This document shows positions 1 through 11,807 of a DNA stretch of 64,000 bases, in pieces. The position numbers and the translations under genes were made by a program. Source of the DNA: Octopus vulgaris (lineage: Eukaryota); contig OX597828.1 of assembly GCA_951406725.2 (NCBI GenBank), forward strand, positions 65,968,001 through 66,032,000. Direction: 5' to 3'. The first letter of the stretch is position 1. Each line of letters opens with the position of its first letter. The notes beneath the pieces were generated by a model. It ran no database searches, was not told the origin of the DNA, and saw only the letters and a program-made list of their open reading frames with translations.

Positions 1-245
1 ACTTTCAGGAAAATGGATATCTTTCAATGAAATTTTAGATACAAATACCTTTCAAATGGCATAGATTACAATTATAAAGAAATTTGTGGGGAAAATTTTA
101 AGATGATTTTGGGAATATTCACACAATCCAATTTTTCCCCCCTCATAACTTTCAGGAAAATGGATATCTTTTAATGGAAGTTTATACAAATCCCTTTCAA
201 ATGGCATAGATCACATTTATAAAGAAATTTATGGGGAAATTTTTC
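1..245. repeat. Diverged tandem duplication, period ~147 bp
   Basis: actttcaggaaaatggatatcttt...caaatggcatagat...aaagaaattt starts at 1 and again at 148. Confidence 0.8.
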
Positions 246-769
246 TGAAGGGATGGGGAGAGGAGTTTCGAAAGAACGAAGGTTCAGATCAGGAAGATCA
301 CATAAGTTCATTTTTTAACTCCACCCCCATCATACATCACAATAATATTTTTCTGTTCCTTTCATATCCCTAAAAAAAAAAAAAATTAATGGTTACACAT
401 TTTGGCACAAGGCCCAAAAATTTAGGGTGGTTGTGGTGAGGGGGTCAAGTCGATTCCATGGACTCCGGATAAAAAGTTTTCATTTATTTTGTTATCATGA
501 TGTGTCGAAGGCATTTGCCATGCAGTTTCACTTTTCACCAAATTCAAAGCAAATGTTACCTTCCACACATCATGAAAATGAAAGTAAATAAATAAAAAAA
601 GATTTATAGAAATTATTGAACATCCAACTGTAATGATTGACAAGTCTGAGACCAAAAGATGATTGATTGCCTTTTATCGATTCCGAGGATGAAAGGCAAA
701 GTCATAATGATAACATCTTTGTTCTTTTCTCCATTTCCCAGCGTTCCAGTATATTTTCCCCTCTACTAT

Positions 770-1820
770 CTTAGAGGAATTACAACTGTGTTTCGTGGTC
801 TGCTACCACAACAGCTCCTTTATAGGATCCAGTTAGCTCAAGACATCATCAGGAGGAACCACGTCCGGCCCCTACTCCTCTACCGTTTTGACGTGGCGGG
901 GCCCCCGCTTTCGGAGGTGTCTTCAGTTCTGGTGTCGGGTGCATGTCTTCTTTCTTCTGTTCCCTGGCCTCTTCGATGTATCGTCAGTGAGTGTCAGCCG
1001 GTGACTGACTGACTTGTCAAATTTTTCCTTTTAAATACCTGCCGCTAGGCTCCAGCAGGTAATCCCAGCAAGTTGTCATGTGACACTGTCTCACCTTAAC
1101 TGACTAGTGAAGGCACGTAGTCTTAGCCCGTGCATTCTCTAAACGACTGTCACCTGTCAGTCAGCGAAGCTGATTCAGTGTCAGCTTGTCTCACCTAGTG
1201 ATGTTATTTCCTACCAGCATGCTATGACTTTCAAGCCATTTTTGGTCTTCTCGCTTCAGCCATATATAGAAGCTGGCTTTTTACAGTATTTTCTCTTCTT
1301 GAATTTTCACCAATTTGAACTTTTTGATTATTTTGTTCTTTGTTTTTCTGACACACACATCAAAATACACTTTCCTCCCTAAGATGCATTTTTGTTTACG
1401 TGCACTCACACAAATAATGTCCCCTTGCACACCCCATCCTACATAAAACTTACTTGACACCTTTACCATTCACCTGACAATTACACACTGACCAACATCC
1501 TCCACACTCCCACTAACACCACCATTTTATACACGTACACGAATCTGTATACAGTCTGAGATCTTTCTGACCAGAGACATTAAGTCATTCTCCACAGCCA
1601 TCCCTAACAGCAACAGCCTATCTCCCACTCAGCACCACCACACTCCTTCACTAAGCTGAGCTCATCTTAACCCTCAATTACTTTTCTTTCTCTGGAGAAT
1701 TTTACAAACAGTGGGATGGCTAAGGAAACTAAGATGAATCCCAATCATGCAAATTTCTTTGTAAACCACATTGAAGAGCAAATCTTTGCCCAATCCATAT
1801 GACCCTTCCAGAGTTGCATG
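770..1820 (+). mobile_element. Penelope-like retroelement remnant (non-coding repeat plus decayed RT)
   Basis: 1625-1795 reads, across a stop and a frameshift, AELILTLNYFSFSGEFYKQ/GMAKETKMNPNHANFFVNHIEEQIF, resembling the PLE RT motif NxFxFxGxxYxQxxGxAMGxxxxPxxANxF. 770-1075 is repeated at 28207-28520. Confidence 0.6.
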
Positions 1821-2385
1821 CTCAATGTATTGAGGAGTGAGTCAGTTGTACTACTCTCATCTTGATTGTAAATATGAGATCATTGATTATAGCTAAATTA
1901 CTCTCTATGGCAACAACAGAATTTTTTTCTTTTGATACTGAACTGCAAACAGCTTGTTTGTCATTGACGATATCTCTTATGCAATTAAGAATAATTTGGG
2001 ATCTTCTTAAATTTTTTCCAACTACTTGAAGCATTTCAATTTTCCACTAGATTATTTACAAAATATGTTGTTTTGATGTAGTTTTGCATGGTGATACTGA
2101 AAATTGCATTCATTTTTTTTTCCTCTCCAGAACTTAATAATAAAGAAATTACAAGCATTTAAAGTTATGTAGTTTTTAGCCAGTTGAAAACCTCCATTGC
2201 CAACATATCAGAAGTCACATCTGTTTGTTGTCATGGAAATCAGCATACACAACAAAGATGAAGCCTTTGTGGTCTCTTGACCAGCTGGAAATAACTGTCA
2301 AATCTTTCTTAATCTACATCATTATGATTAAAGTACAAACAGGATGACACAATGTATAATATAGTTGGGAATAGGCTGTTTCTCA

Positions 2386-2792
2386 TTTATTTACTTGTTT
2401 CAGTCATTTGACAGTGGCCATGCTGGAGCACCGCATATAGTCGAGCACATCAACCCCAGGACTTATTCTTTGTAAGCCTAGTACTTATTCTATCGGTCTC
2501 TTTTGCCGAACCGCTAAGTTACGGGCACGTAAACACACCAGCATTGATTGTCAAGCAATGCTAGGGGGACAAACACAGACACACAAACACATACACTCAC
2601 ATACATATATATATATATACATATATACGACGGGCTTCTTTCAGTTTCCGTTTATCAAATCCACTCACAAGGCTTTGGTCGGCCTGAGGCTATAGTAGAA
2701 GACACTTGCCCAAGGTGCCACGCATTGGGACTGAACCCGGAACCATGTGGTTGGTAAGCAAGCTACTTACCACACAGTTACTCCTGCGCCTA
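2386..2792 (-). mobile_element. tRNA-derived SINE, family A
   Basis: Reverse-complement match to 28740-29115 and 58572-58962; tRNA-like head with A/B boxes (gtggtaag..., ggttcagtccc). Confidence 0.85.
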
Positions 2793-3236
2793 TTAATTTA
2801 TTAATTTCTTTATTAATTTCCTGAAAAAAATGAATGCAATTTTTGTCACCAGCATGCATAGATTTAAAAAAATAATCTGCTGAAAATTTAAAATTTGAGT
2901 GAAAGGAAGAAATTTAACAAGATCCATTGTTTAAAAAAAATTTTTTTTCATATTGTTATGATGGAAAGGTTGGCTATGATCCCAAACAATTCAATAGAGG
3001 CTTCATTACTTAGAAATATAATTATCACTTTCTGCTCCCTCTCTCTCTCTAGTTGTCCTCTTCCCCAAAATATTCGTCAAAACCAATTTTTGTACTTTCT
3101 TTCTGTCTAAATTCTGTGGAAATTCTAATAGAGAGGTTTTGTTAGCTGACATCTGATACTTTCATTATGGCAATTTTATGAAAATAATAATCACTCATTC
3201 ACACATCTGAGTCCTGTGTACTTTCACTATGTCTGT

Positions 3237-3630
3237 CATCATCATCATCATCCTCATCGTTTAACGTCTGTTTTCTATGCTAGCATGGGTTGGACGGTTT
3301 GACCGGGATCTGGGAAGCCAGGAGGCTGCACCAGGCTCCAGTCTGATTTTCTACAGCTGGATGCCCTTCCTAATGCCAACCACTCCATGAGTGTAGTGGG
3401 TGCTTTTTATGTGCCACTGCACAGGTGCCAGGGGAGACTGGCAACGGCCACGGTCGATTGGTGCTTTTTTTATGTGCCACCAGCACAGAAACCAGTCAAA
3501 GTGGTGCTGGCATCGACCATGTACGGATGGTGCCTTTTACGTGCCAGGGAAGGCTGACAATGGCCACGATTATTTGGTGGTTTTTACGTGCCACCAACAC
3601 AGAAGCCAGTCAAGGTGGTGCTGGCATCCA
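3237..3630 (-). mobile_element. RTE LINE 3'-end copy (truncated LINE or dependent SINE)
   Basis: (ATC)n tail plus gtttaacgtc..ccatgctagcatgggttgg; matches the 3' UTR of the RTE at 18848-21653. Confidence 0.85.
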
Positions 3631-3939
3631 CATATGGCACTAATCACTCTTCACTTACCTGAATCCTGTGTAGAAATATACGTATGGAAAGAAACAATGG
3701 AGTCTGTTGAGATTTTGATAAACAACAATTTATTCTTTTTGTACACAAGAGATGGCAGTTGTTACTAGGAATGACAAAATGCCAAGTTTTTGTTCTTAAT
3801 GTAGTTGTAGTATCAGATAAAGTGTTGTTTGTTCCTTGTTGGCTACTGACTTCTAATGTTGTTCATCCTCCAACTGTTCATTGCCTTTGTGTTGTCCACC
3901 AGCTCCATCGGTTAGCTCCTACAGGCAGCTTTCTCAGCT

Positions 3940-4700
3940 GTTAGTTAGTTAATTTGGCTCAAAAGCAAATAGCAAGGCCATGTAGGGGGACATGGAGTTA
4001 AGTACAGGGTGGTGTTCATGTAAAGAGTTCAGGCCACTTGAGGTCAAGGGAGGCTTTGAACAAAGCGGTCGTCGGCATCTTCACCATCTCATCTGGCAGC
4101 TTGTTCCACGGATCCGCAACCCGGACGGAGAAAGCTCCTCTCCTTCGATTGAGATGAAATCGTCACAGGTAGAGCTTTTCGGAATGACCCCGCAGCCGAC
4201 GCTCTGGAGCAGGAGTGAAGAACAGCTCTTTCGAGAGGTTACGCTTTCCGCTTATGATGTTGTGGGCGAGAATGAGATCACCACAGCGGCGGCGTTTTTC
4301 AAGAGAATAAAGGTCGAGCGTCCTCAGCCTTTCTTCGTAGGACAAATTTTTGAGACCATGAACCATGCGGGTAGCCAGCTTCTGGACTCTTTCGAGATGC
4401 TGTATGTCTTTGAGGAGATAAGGAGAAGAGGCTTGAATCCCGTACTCCAATATGGGTCTCGCCAGCGTGACATAGAGTGGTAGGAATATGGCTGCTGTGA
4501 GCATTCCGAATGACCGTCGAATCAAGAACAGAATTCCGCGTGCTTTGTTGGCAGCATGGACACACTGGGCCGAAGGCGAAAAGGAGGAATCCACCAAGAT
4601 ACCCAGGTCCTTTACCTGATCGGTCCTCTCCAGCAGCAGACGACCCGGCTCGAAATCAAGTTGAGTTGCAGGAGGAGAGCCAACAGGCAGATGACAGCAC
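3940..4700 (-). mobile_element. CR1/L2-group LINE 3' fragment (RT C-terminus)
   Basis: ORF 4163-4813: VKDLGILVDSSFSPS..., LARPILEY, LERVQKLATRMV, LSYEERL, RRRCGDLI; (TAAC)n-like tail near 3940. Confidence 0.9.
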
Positions 4701-5210
4701 TTTGACCCAAAGCTCTCTCTCTCTCTAGTGTTCATGACTTTATACTGCTTGGTAGACTCAGAATGAAGTGCACCAAAAAGAAAAATGTTTGAGTCTATTT
4801 GATGCAAAGTCATGATTGGTCAGATTTTGTTGATCACATGGGCAATATTCTAGAGAATTGTGATACTGGGTGATAGCTGAATTTTCCTACTACATATATA
4901 CATCAAGTTTAATTGCTTATGTATAAATTGATGTATGTACATAAATGGCAATTTCTGTCTGTGGATGTGTTTGTGTATGAATTTGTTACTTTAACCCCTC
5001 TGAAATTGTCCAACCGACCTCGGTGAAACTTGACACGTGTGTGGGGGGGGGACTTATGCCCATTCGGTCACTTACACAACTGGATTTTCAAAAAAATTGA
5101 TAACTTTTAATCAGCATCGATTTTTCAAAAGTCAATGGGACATTTCAATGCAAATTCTCATATGAATGTAATGTTCTGCCATAACTTTTAAAGTTTACCT
5201 GGAGGTTACC

Positions 5211-5247
<37 letters not shown>

Positions 5248-5675
5248 GACAGAAGCAGGTGTGCTGCTGTAAAGGAGATATATGGTTACCCAACTTGAGG
5301 GAAGGGCAGGAGAAGGAGAGAGAGAGAGAGAGAGAGAGTGGGATTCAGCAGGATAGAGATGGTGGCAAAGTGCCAGGCATATTCACAAGGGATGGGGATC
5401 AGAACATCAATGGGATGGTTGAGTAAAGGAAGAGAGAGATAGAGATGGTGGCAAGTGCCTGCATACCCTTCAGGTTCAAAGGTCATAATGTAAGTGGCAG
5501 GATACTGTGAAAAAAGCATGATTAGTGAGTGTGGAGATGGGGGAAGTGAGTGGTGAAAACCTGGGTATATATAGAGGGGTGGGTAGGGTTACTGGATAGC
5601 AATGATATAAAGAAACAAGGCCATTAGAACAGAATTGTAGGCATAGTTTATGAAGGAGGAAATGTGAAGAAGAGA

Positions 5676-5893
5676 TCGTTGTCGTCGTTGTCGTTTAACG
5701 TCCGTTTTCCATGCTGGCATGGGTTGGACGGTTCAACTGGGGTCTGGGAAGCTAGGAGGATGCACCAGACTCCAGTCTGATCTGGCCGTATTTCTACAGC
5801 TGGATGCCCTTCCTAACGCCAACTACTCCAAGAGTGTAAGGGGTGCTTTTTACATGCCACTGGCACGGGCCAGTGGAGGCTGGCAACAACCAC
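5676..5893 (-). mobile_element. RTE LINE 3'-end copy
   Basis: Same 3'-UTR consensus (ttctacagctggatgcccttcctaacgcc). Confidence 0.8.
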
Positions 5894-6405
5894 AATTAGT
5901 TGATGTAGATTGAATTGTTAGGGTAGGGTGTGTGAAATGTTTTCTTGGTATGTGTTAGTGGAACACACAGGTCGGGGGTGGGGGCTAGCGAATAGCAATG
6001 ATACAATGAAGCAGGGTCACGACAACAGGATTGGTGAGTGGAATGTAAGCATAGTGCGACTTCAATTCTCTTATCTTCTCTTTGGAATTTTCAATTCTAA
6101 AATCTTTTTTACTAATTTATAATCTAGTTGAATACAATGTTTGGTTATTTTGTATCCTCAAAGCATCACTTCTTCTGCATGAAAAACACTCTTCTTTTCA
6201 GTGATAGTTACCCCATGGAATGCAAGATTTTGTGAGATTTCTTTTTATCTTCTAAATCTTCGGGTGTCCTTCCACCAATGCTTTTGTCATCTTCTTTTGA
6301 TGATTGTCCTCTACATGTGAAACAGTCATTTCTTGTATGATACCATATATATATATAATTCTAATGTTCATTCAGAATATGCCATTTCTGCACCTTGATT
6401 GTGAA

Positions 6406-6692
6406 TCATCATCATTATCGTCGTCATTTAACGTCCGCTTTCCATGCTAGCATGGGTTGAATGAATGACTGAGGGCCGGTGAACCAGATGGTTGCACCGG
6501 GCTTCAATCTTGATCTGGCAGTGTTTCTACAGTTGGATGCCCTTCCTAACGCCAACCACTCCAAGAGTATAGTGGGTGCTTTTACGTACCCAGTCAGGCG
6601 GTACTGGCACGACCTTGCTCGAATCCTTTTACACATGCCACCAGCACAGGTGCCAGTAAGGCGATGCTGGTAACGATCACGCTCGAATGGTG

Positions 6693-6694
<2 letters not shown>
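6406..6694 (-). mobile_element. RTE LINE 3'-end copy
   Basis: (ATC)n tail and 3'-UTR consensus. Confidence 0.85.
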
Positions 6695-6737
<43 letters not shown>

Positions 6738-6807
6738 TACCTCGTGAAAACCAGTCGCGGTTTTTTTTCCCTCCGTCCGCCCGCCTCGGGATCTTTCTTT
6801 CTCTTAT

Positions 6808-6842
6808 GTTTCCGACGAAGAGCTCCGCTCGAAACGTCATAC
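6808..6842 (+). ncRNA. Minimal hammerhead-ribozyme-like motif (Penelope/retrozyme type, variant core)
   Basis: gttt-CCGACGA-a-GAGC(tcc)GCTC-GAAA-C-GTC-atac, in a ~205-bp unit flanked by (TA)n. Confidence 0.5.
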
Positions 6843-6937
6843 CCTCCTTCTTCCCTTTTTCCTGAGCGCCTAATAATAATACTTTAATTGTTCCACCTCC
6901 TTGTGTTGTTGTTTTTTCTGTTTTCTCGTTTGGATTA

Positions 6938-6976
<39 letters not shown>

Positions 6977-7006
6977 ATCGAAGTGTGCAGTATTATATAG
7001 CCATTA

Positions 7007-7100
7007 CAGCTGATCTTACCAATCGCTTTTGTGTTAGGGATTCAATGGAGTGTTAGGTAACAGTCTGATCATGTAACCCTACGCTCATCAGAGGTAGCTA
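7007..7100 (-). ncRNA. Degenerate type I hammerhead-ribozyme-like motif
   Basis: Minus strand: tagctacct-CTGATGA-gcgtaggg...ccctaacac-AAAA-gcgattgGTA-agatcagctg; stems I and II recognisable, GAAA mutated to AAAA. Confidence 0.5.
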
Positions 7101-7297
7101 TTATATATACTCACTCTATTGATAGATAAGAATGCCTTTTTTCCTGACTTATGGGCTCTTAGATGACTTACATATACATATATATTTGTGTATTCATCTG
7201 AAGAAAATGTTTTTTTATAATGATATAATGTACTCATTAATCAATTAAAAAATTTGTAGGAGACAGTTGTAATGAATTGACAGCTATCCATCGTTTG

Positions 7298-7384
<87 letters not shown>

Positions 7385-7433
7385 CATACATATATATATA
7401 TGTATCAAAAGAAAAACAGGATGCAAAGGATTT

Positions 7434-7573
7434 TGCAGTACATATGTTTCGGGCTTTATTGAACAACTTATTCTTATATCAATGCATGGATCTTTTCCTT
7501 TAAGGCAAAATCTAAAGGAAAAGATCCCAATGCATAATTGATATAACAGATAGATCAAAAGCCTTCTTCAGCC
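7434..7573 (-). ncRNA. Type I hammerhead-ribozyme-like motif with intact core and long stem II
   Basis: Minus strand: CTGAAGA-a-ggctttt...aaagccc-GAAA-C-ATAT-GTA; stem II includes the perfect ggatcttttccttta/taaaggaaaagatcc hairpin. Confidence 0.6.
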
Positions 7574-7959
7574 ATATATATATATATGGAGAGACGATGA
7601 GAATCAATAAGAGGTAGTAGTGTTTTCTTCTGTTTTGGAATTGTATTTTAATGTGGTTTTGTATTATATATGTATCATATACATACGTGTTATATTCCCA
7701 TAAAAATAAAATGCACGTTTAACATTTAAAAAAAAAGCTTCAAACTAATGTCTAGAAAATTTGGCACTAGTAGAAAATAGGTAGCACTCTGAATAGGGAT
7801 CAGATTGATCAAAGAGAGAATGTGTTTTGATTGTCCCAAAGGTTCGGAGTCAATTTACTTTGCTTCGGAACTAGCAATTCAAGCCTCCACATTTATAGAG
7901 CTTCAACTTCCTCATTAGTGCTAGTCCAACTTGGAAAGTAGAAAATATTACCTATCAAA

Positions 7960-8128
7960 GGCGTAACTTCGGTATAAGTACCGGAAGTACCGAATACATT
8001 TCAAGAAAGTGTTCTTTTTTATATATGGGGTTTGTGTTAGGGTTAGGGTTAGGGGTGGGAGAAAAGGGTTTCTCTTATCTTCAGAAATGTATACAAAGTC
8101 ACGTGTGTACCTATACCGAAGGATCGCC
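7960..8128. mobile_element. MITE-like element with ~22-bp imperfect TIRs and internal (TTAGGG)3
   Basis: ggcgtaacttcggtataagtac ... gtacctataccgaaggatcgcc; ttagggttagggttaggg at 8037-8054. Confidence 0.55.
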
Positions 8129-8149
8129 CCTACCAAAAAAAAGTAAGCA

Positions 8150-9350
8150 TGAATAGAAGAAAGGAAGCAGGGGAGAGACGGTGAGGAACATTGACATTAA
8201 TCTAAAGCAGCCCCTAATCATCTGGGCAATGTTTCCCAAGCAAGAGATGGTCTCCATGAGAGAAGAATTCCATAATTACCTCCCTTAGTTATTACACCAG
8301 ATTTCCTTTAAAATTAAAAAAGCTGTTATTGATACCAATTTTATTACGGAAAGGTAAGTGGAAATTGTGAGAGAATCGGTTGTGTCGTAATGAATTAACA
8401 CAAATAAGCTTATTGTCGAACGAATAGTGTGGTGTTTGCTGGTTGGAATGACCGTTGTGAAATGCGACAATATGGTGTTTGCTTCACAACGAGTCTTCTT
8501 TGGTGGCGAGAAATCTTGTTGTCTCTTTCTCCTTTTGGTTTCTAATGAAAATCGAAATTAAAGACGGCTCTGGATATCTGGTCGGAAATTGCGATCCAGA
8601 TTAAAGGCCAGTGGTTTGGCGAAGAAATATTCTTAAATATTAGTTGTCATGCAGAGACGCAATTTAAATTCGAGGGAAAAAAAAATAATAAAGGCAAAAT
8701 AGTTTTTGTTTTGTTCCACATGCCCCTTCTTTTGTTTAATTTCAAGTTTTACTGGTTTATTTGTTTTGCCTTTTATTATTTTCACCACCTTTTTGGGTCC
8801 TGACATTTATTTAATTTCCAATAGAAGCCAATTTTGTTTTTAAAAATTCGAGTTGACTTTCGTTTCGAATAGATCTCAACTGCGATTCATCACGAGATTA
8901 GAAAGAAAGCACCTCATTTAAATAAGGCATTTTGTATTTCGTCATGTATTTAACTAGCTATTTGTCGTTTATAACCTGATAGTAAACTTGTTTATCTATT
9001 GTTTGTTGTCAGCTGACAAGTCTCGTACAGATCGAAACGACTAAATCCTTTGCTAAAACTCACTTCCGCATACTCTTGTAGAGCTTACTCGAACTTACAC
9101 ATACATACACAGACACCCACACATATACCAGAAGAAATACGGAATCATTCCACTCGTTCTTTGAAGACATTTGGCCGCTCGTTTGCAACATCAATTCCTT
9201 CTGTCAGAACCATTTATTGTTGTGGGTACAACAATATAGAGTTTTGATTCTCATTTACGATCGGAGAGAATGTCTTTGAAAGCTGTTCACTGATCACAAA
9301 CACGCGAACACACACACGCATTGACTGTACCTATGTTTTGCAGATAAGTA
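8150..9350 (+). promoter_or_regulatory. Candidate promoter / non-coding first exon of the IAP gene
   Basis: Repeat-poor and visibly richer in CpG than its flanks; perfect donor AAG|GTAAGT at 8351-8359; the first coding exon has an acceptor, so an upstream exon is required. Confidence 0.3.
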
Positions 9351-9849
9351 GCATTACATGAAAACTGTTAAACATTAATTAAATGATCACTCAGTGTATT
9401 TAAGTAGTGTATCAAATATAATTTTATAAGGAAATGCTGACATTAAATTCGAAATGTACGATTTGATGAAATAGATGTCAAACACAGTAAATGTACCATG
9501 GCATGAGTACGGTCAGAGATGGAGATAAGTTGCTAATTTTATATATATATATATATATACGTGTAACATGGAGATGAGGCCCTCAGCTCCTGTAGGATTC
9601 CTGTGGTCGCCATTGTGACACCCGTGTTCCACATTTTAAACCAGGCTAATTCCATTTCTTTCCAGGCTTGAACACATTTGATGTTTTAGTGAGAGAGAGG
9701 GAGGGGGGTCGACTTCAGTACTTGATGGCTACTTTATTCATCTACCTGGAAAATATGAAAGACAAGGCTGATCTTAGCGAAATTTGAAATCAGAACACCA
9801 TAAAGCTTGATATCCGACGTTCACCTTAAATATGCCATCTTGAGTCTGA

Positions 9850-10740
9850 AGGAAGGGCCAGTACCCATGACTCTAACAGACCTGAGCCCAGTTACGATTG
9901 AAGTGGTGCCCAGAAATTAGTGAGGTCGATGTTGTTAATGTTCTGTTCAAACGGTTAGAAAACTACACCTCTAGGAAAAATATGAGCAGAGAGGAAATCC
10001 CAGTGGGCCAGTGGTCTGGGAAGAAATGACTGAACGTAGTGGTTATTCCTGGTCAGGAGTTGGGGTGATTGGTGGAGAGATAAGGTGGGTGGGATGCATG
10101 AGTGCTCAAGGTATGAGACCAGTTTATTCTGAGGAGCAGAGGCCATTATTGTAGTGACAGAAAAGATAGAGAGAAGAGATACATGCCTTTGGGCCAAAGA
10201 CTGGAATGTGTCTTTTTGTGATTGAATGCAGCCTTTTCTGGATCAAAACCAAGATGTTTGTGCATATATATTTCTTTATTGCCCACAAGAGGCTAAACAT
10301 AGAGGGGACAAACAAGGACAGACAAAGGGACTAAGTCGATTATATCGACCCCAGTGCGAAACTGGTACCTTATTTTATCAACCCTAAAAGGATGAAAGGC
10401 AAAGTCGACCTCGGCGGAATTTGAACTCAGAACGTAACAACAGGCGAAATACCGCTAAGCATTTCGCCCGGCCTGCTATGTTTGTGCATATAGCAGCAGC
10501 ACTGTCTCAGATGGAGATGCAGTACTCCATTGTGGACCTCACTTGAGCCTTGGAGAGGTGTCACCAATTGTCAGGAGCTAAAATATCTTCTGGCCATGGA
10601 TTGGATTTTAGCTATGTTAAGGATGTGCTTTCACCACTAGAGATCCTCAGTAATCGTGAGGTCCAGCATTTGAAGTGACTGTGAGGTTGTACATGTTTAG
10701 AGGAGTAGAGTAAGGTGATGTTTTCTTGATATGAGAAGTG
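9850..10740 (-). mobile_element. Decayed LINE (CR1/L2/Jockey-group) 3' fragment
   Basis: ORF 9955-10197 has RNNHYVQSFLPRPLAHW, resembling the SFFPRTxxxWNxL C-terminal motif; interrupted by a SINE. Confidence 0.5.
10269..10477 (-). mobile_element. tRNA-derived SINE, family B, with 15-bp TSD
   Basis: TSD atgtttgtgcatata at 10254-10268 and 10478-10492; core gcctttcatcct..ggggtcgat on the minus strand. Confidence 0.9.
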
Positions 10741-11249
10741 CCTTTTATTATATTCCCTGGCCAAGCAAAGCCCTCTGAGTGGATTTGGTGGACAAAAATT
10801 GAAAGAATCTTTGTGTGTGTACTAGTAGGACCTGTGTAAATTCCATGGAATGAAAATTATTATGAGGACCTATATGAGAAAGAAAGGATGATTTGCATTT
10901 TTATAGCATTTACAGTTTAGCTTTCTTTAAATATTCTTGATGTTTGTCTACATTCATTTCCTCACATCTCCATCGGCATTGTCTTTTTCTTCTTTTTTTA
11001 ATATTTTCTTGCTGTTCCTCTCTGATGTGTGCTCTATATCTGTTTCTCTTTTCCCAGGCACCTTGCAACTGTGCTTCTTGTGAATCCAGAATTTAGGCTA
11101 AATTAACTCTTATAAACAAATATCAATTTTTTTAAGCAAGCAAGCAATAAATAATTGCACTTATGCATTTGCGATGGTCTCTATAAGAAAAATTAGTTAA
11201 ATAAAAAAATACTTTTCAATATAAATGCACCACTATTGCTATATCTATA

Positions 11250-11321
<72 letters not shown>

Positions 11322-11514
11322 AATATAACCATCTCCCCTGTGCATCTCTCTCTGTCTACCGGTCTCTTCAGCTAACTTTTTAACCACATAATAATAATAT
11401 ATATATATAATAATATGAGGGAAAATTATTCCAAACTTACAGGGAAAAATTCAATTTAGAAATACTAAATCAAATTTCACAAAATATAATATATATATAT
11501 ATAGAGAGAGAGAG

Positions 11515-11807
11515 ATTAGAAAAAAACCCACCTTTTATCAATTCAAAATGAAAAATTAAATTACACCATCTAGAAAATTACATATAATAGAAAGATTAAA
11601 TATAATGATGATTAAGTAATGTGCAAAATAATAAATAATAAATAAATAAATAGATACCAAATATATATGTTTTATTTATTATTTTGCACATTACTTAATT
11701 ATCGTTATTTTTTCATCTTATATTTAATCTTTCTATTATGTAATTTTCTAGATGCTGTAATTTAATTTTTCATTTTGAATTGATAAAAGGTGGGGTTTTT
11801 TTTCTAA
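11515..11807. repeat. Long inverted repeat (arms ~125-135 bp)
   Basis: attagaaaaaaacccaccttttatcaattcaaaatg... is mirrored by ...cattttgaattgataaaaggtggggttttttttctaat. Confidence 0.85.

Noticed and set aside
785-855. CTGATGA...GAAAC on the minus strand as a functional hammerhead
   Set aside because: Stems I and II cannot be closed convincingly; the second copy has AAAA in place of GAAA
1822-2280. Coding-looking minus-strand ORF (70 aa) and similar patches at 3640-3940 and 6060-6330
   Set aside because: No recognisable motif, stops nearby and no consistent splice chain; probably very old TE debris
3992-4728. Plus-strand ORFs of 163 and 72 aa
   Set aside because: Antisense shadows of the CR1/L2 RT fragment
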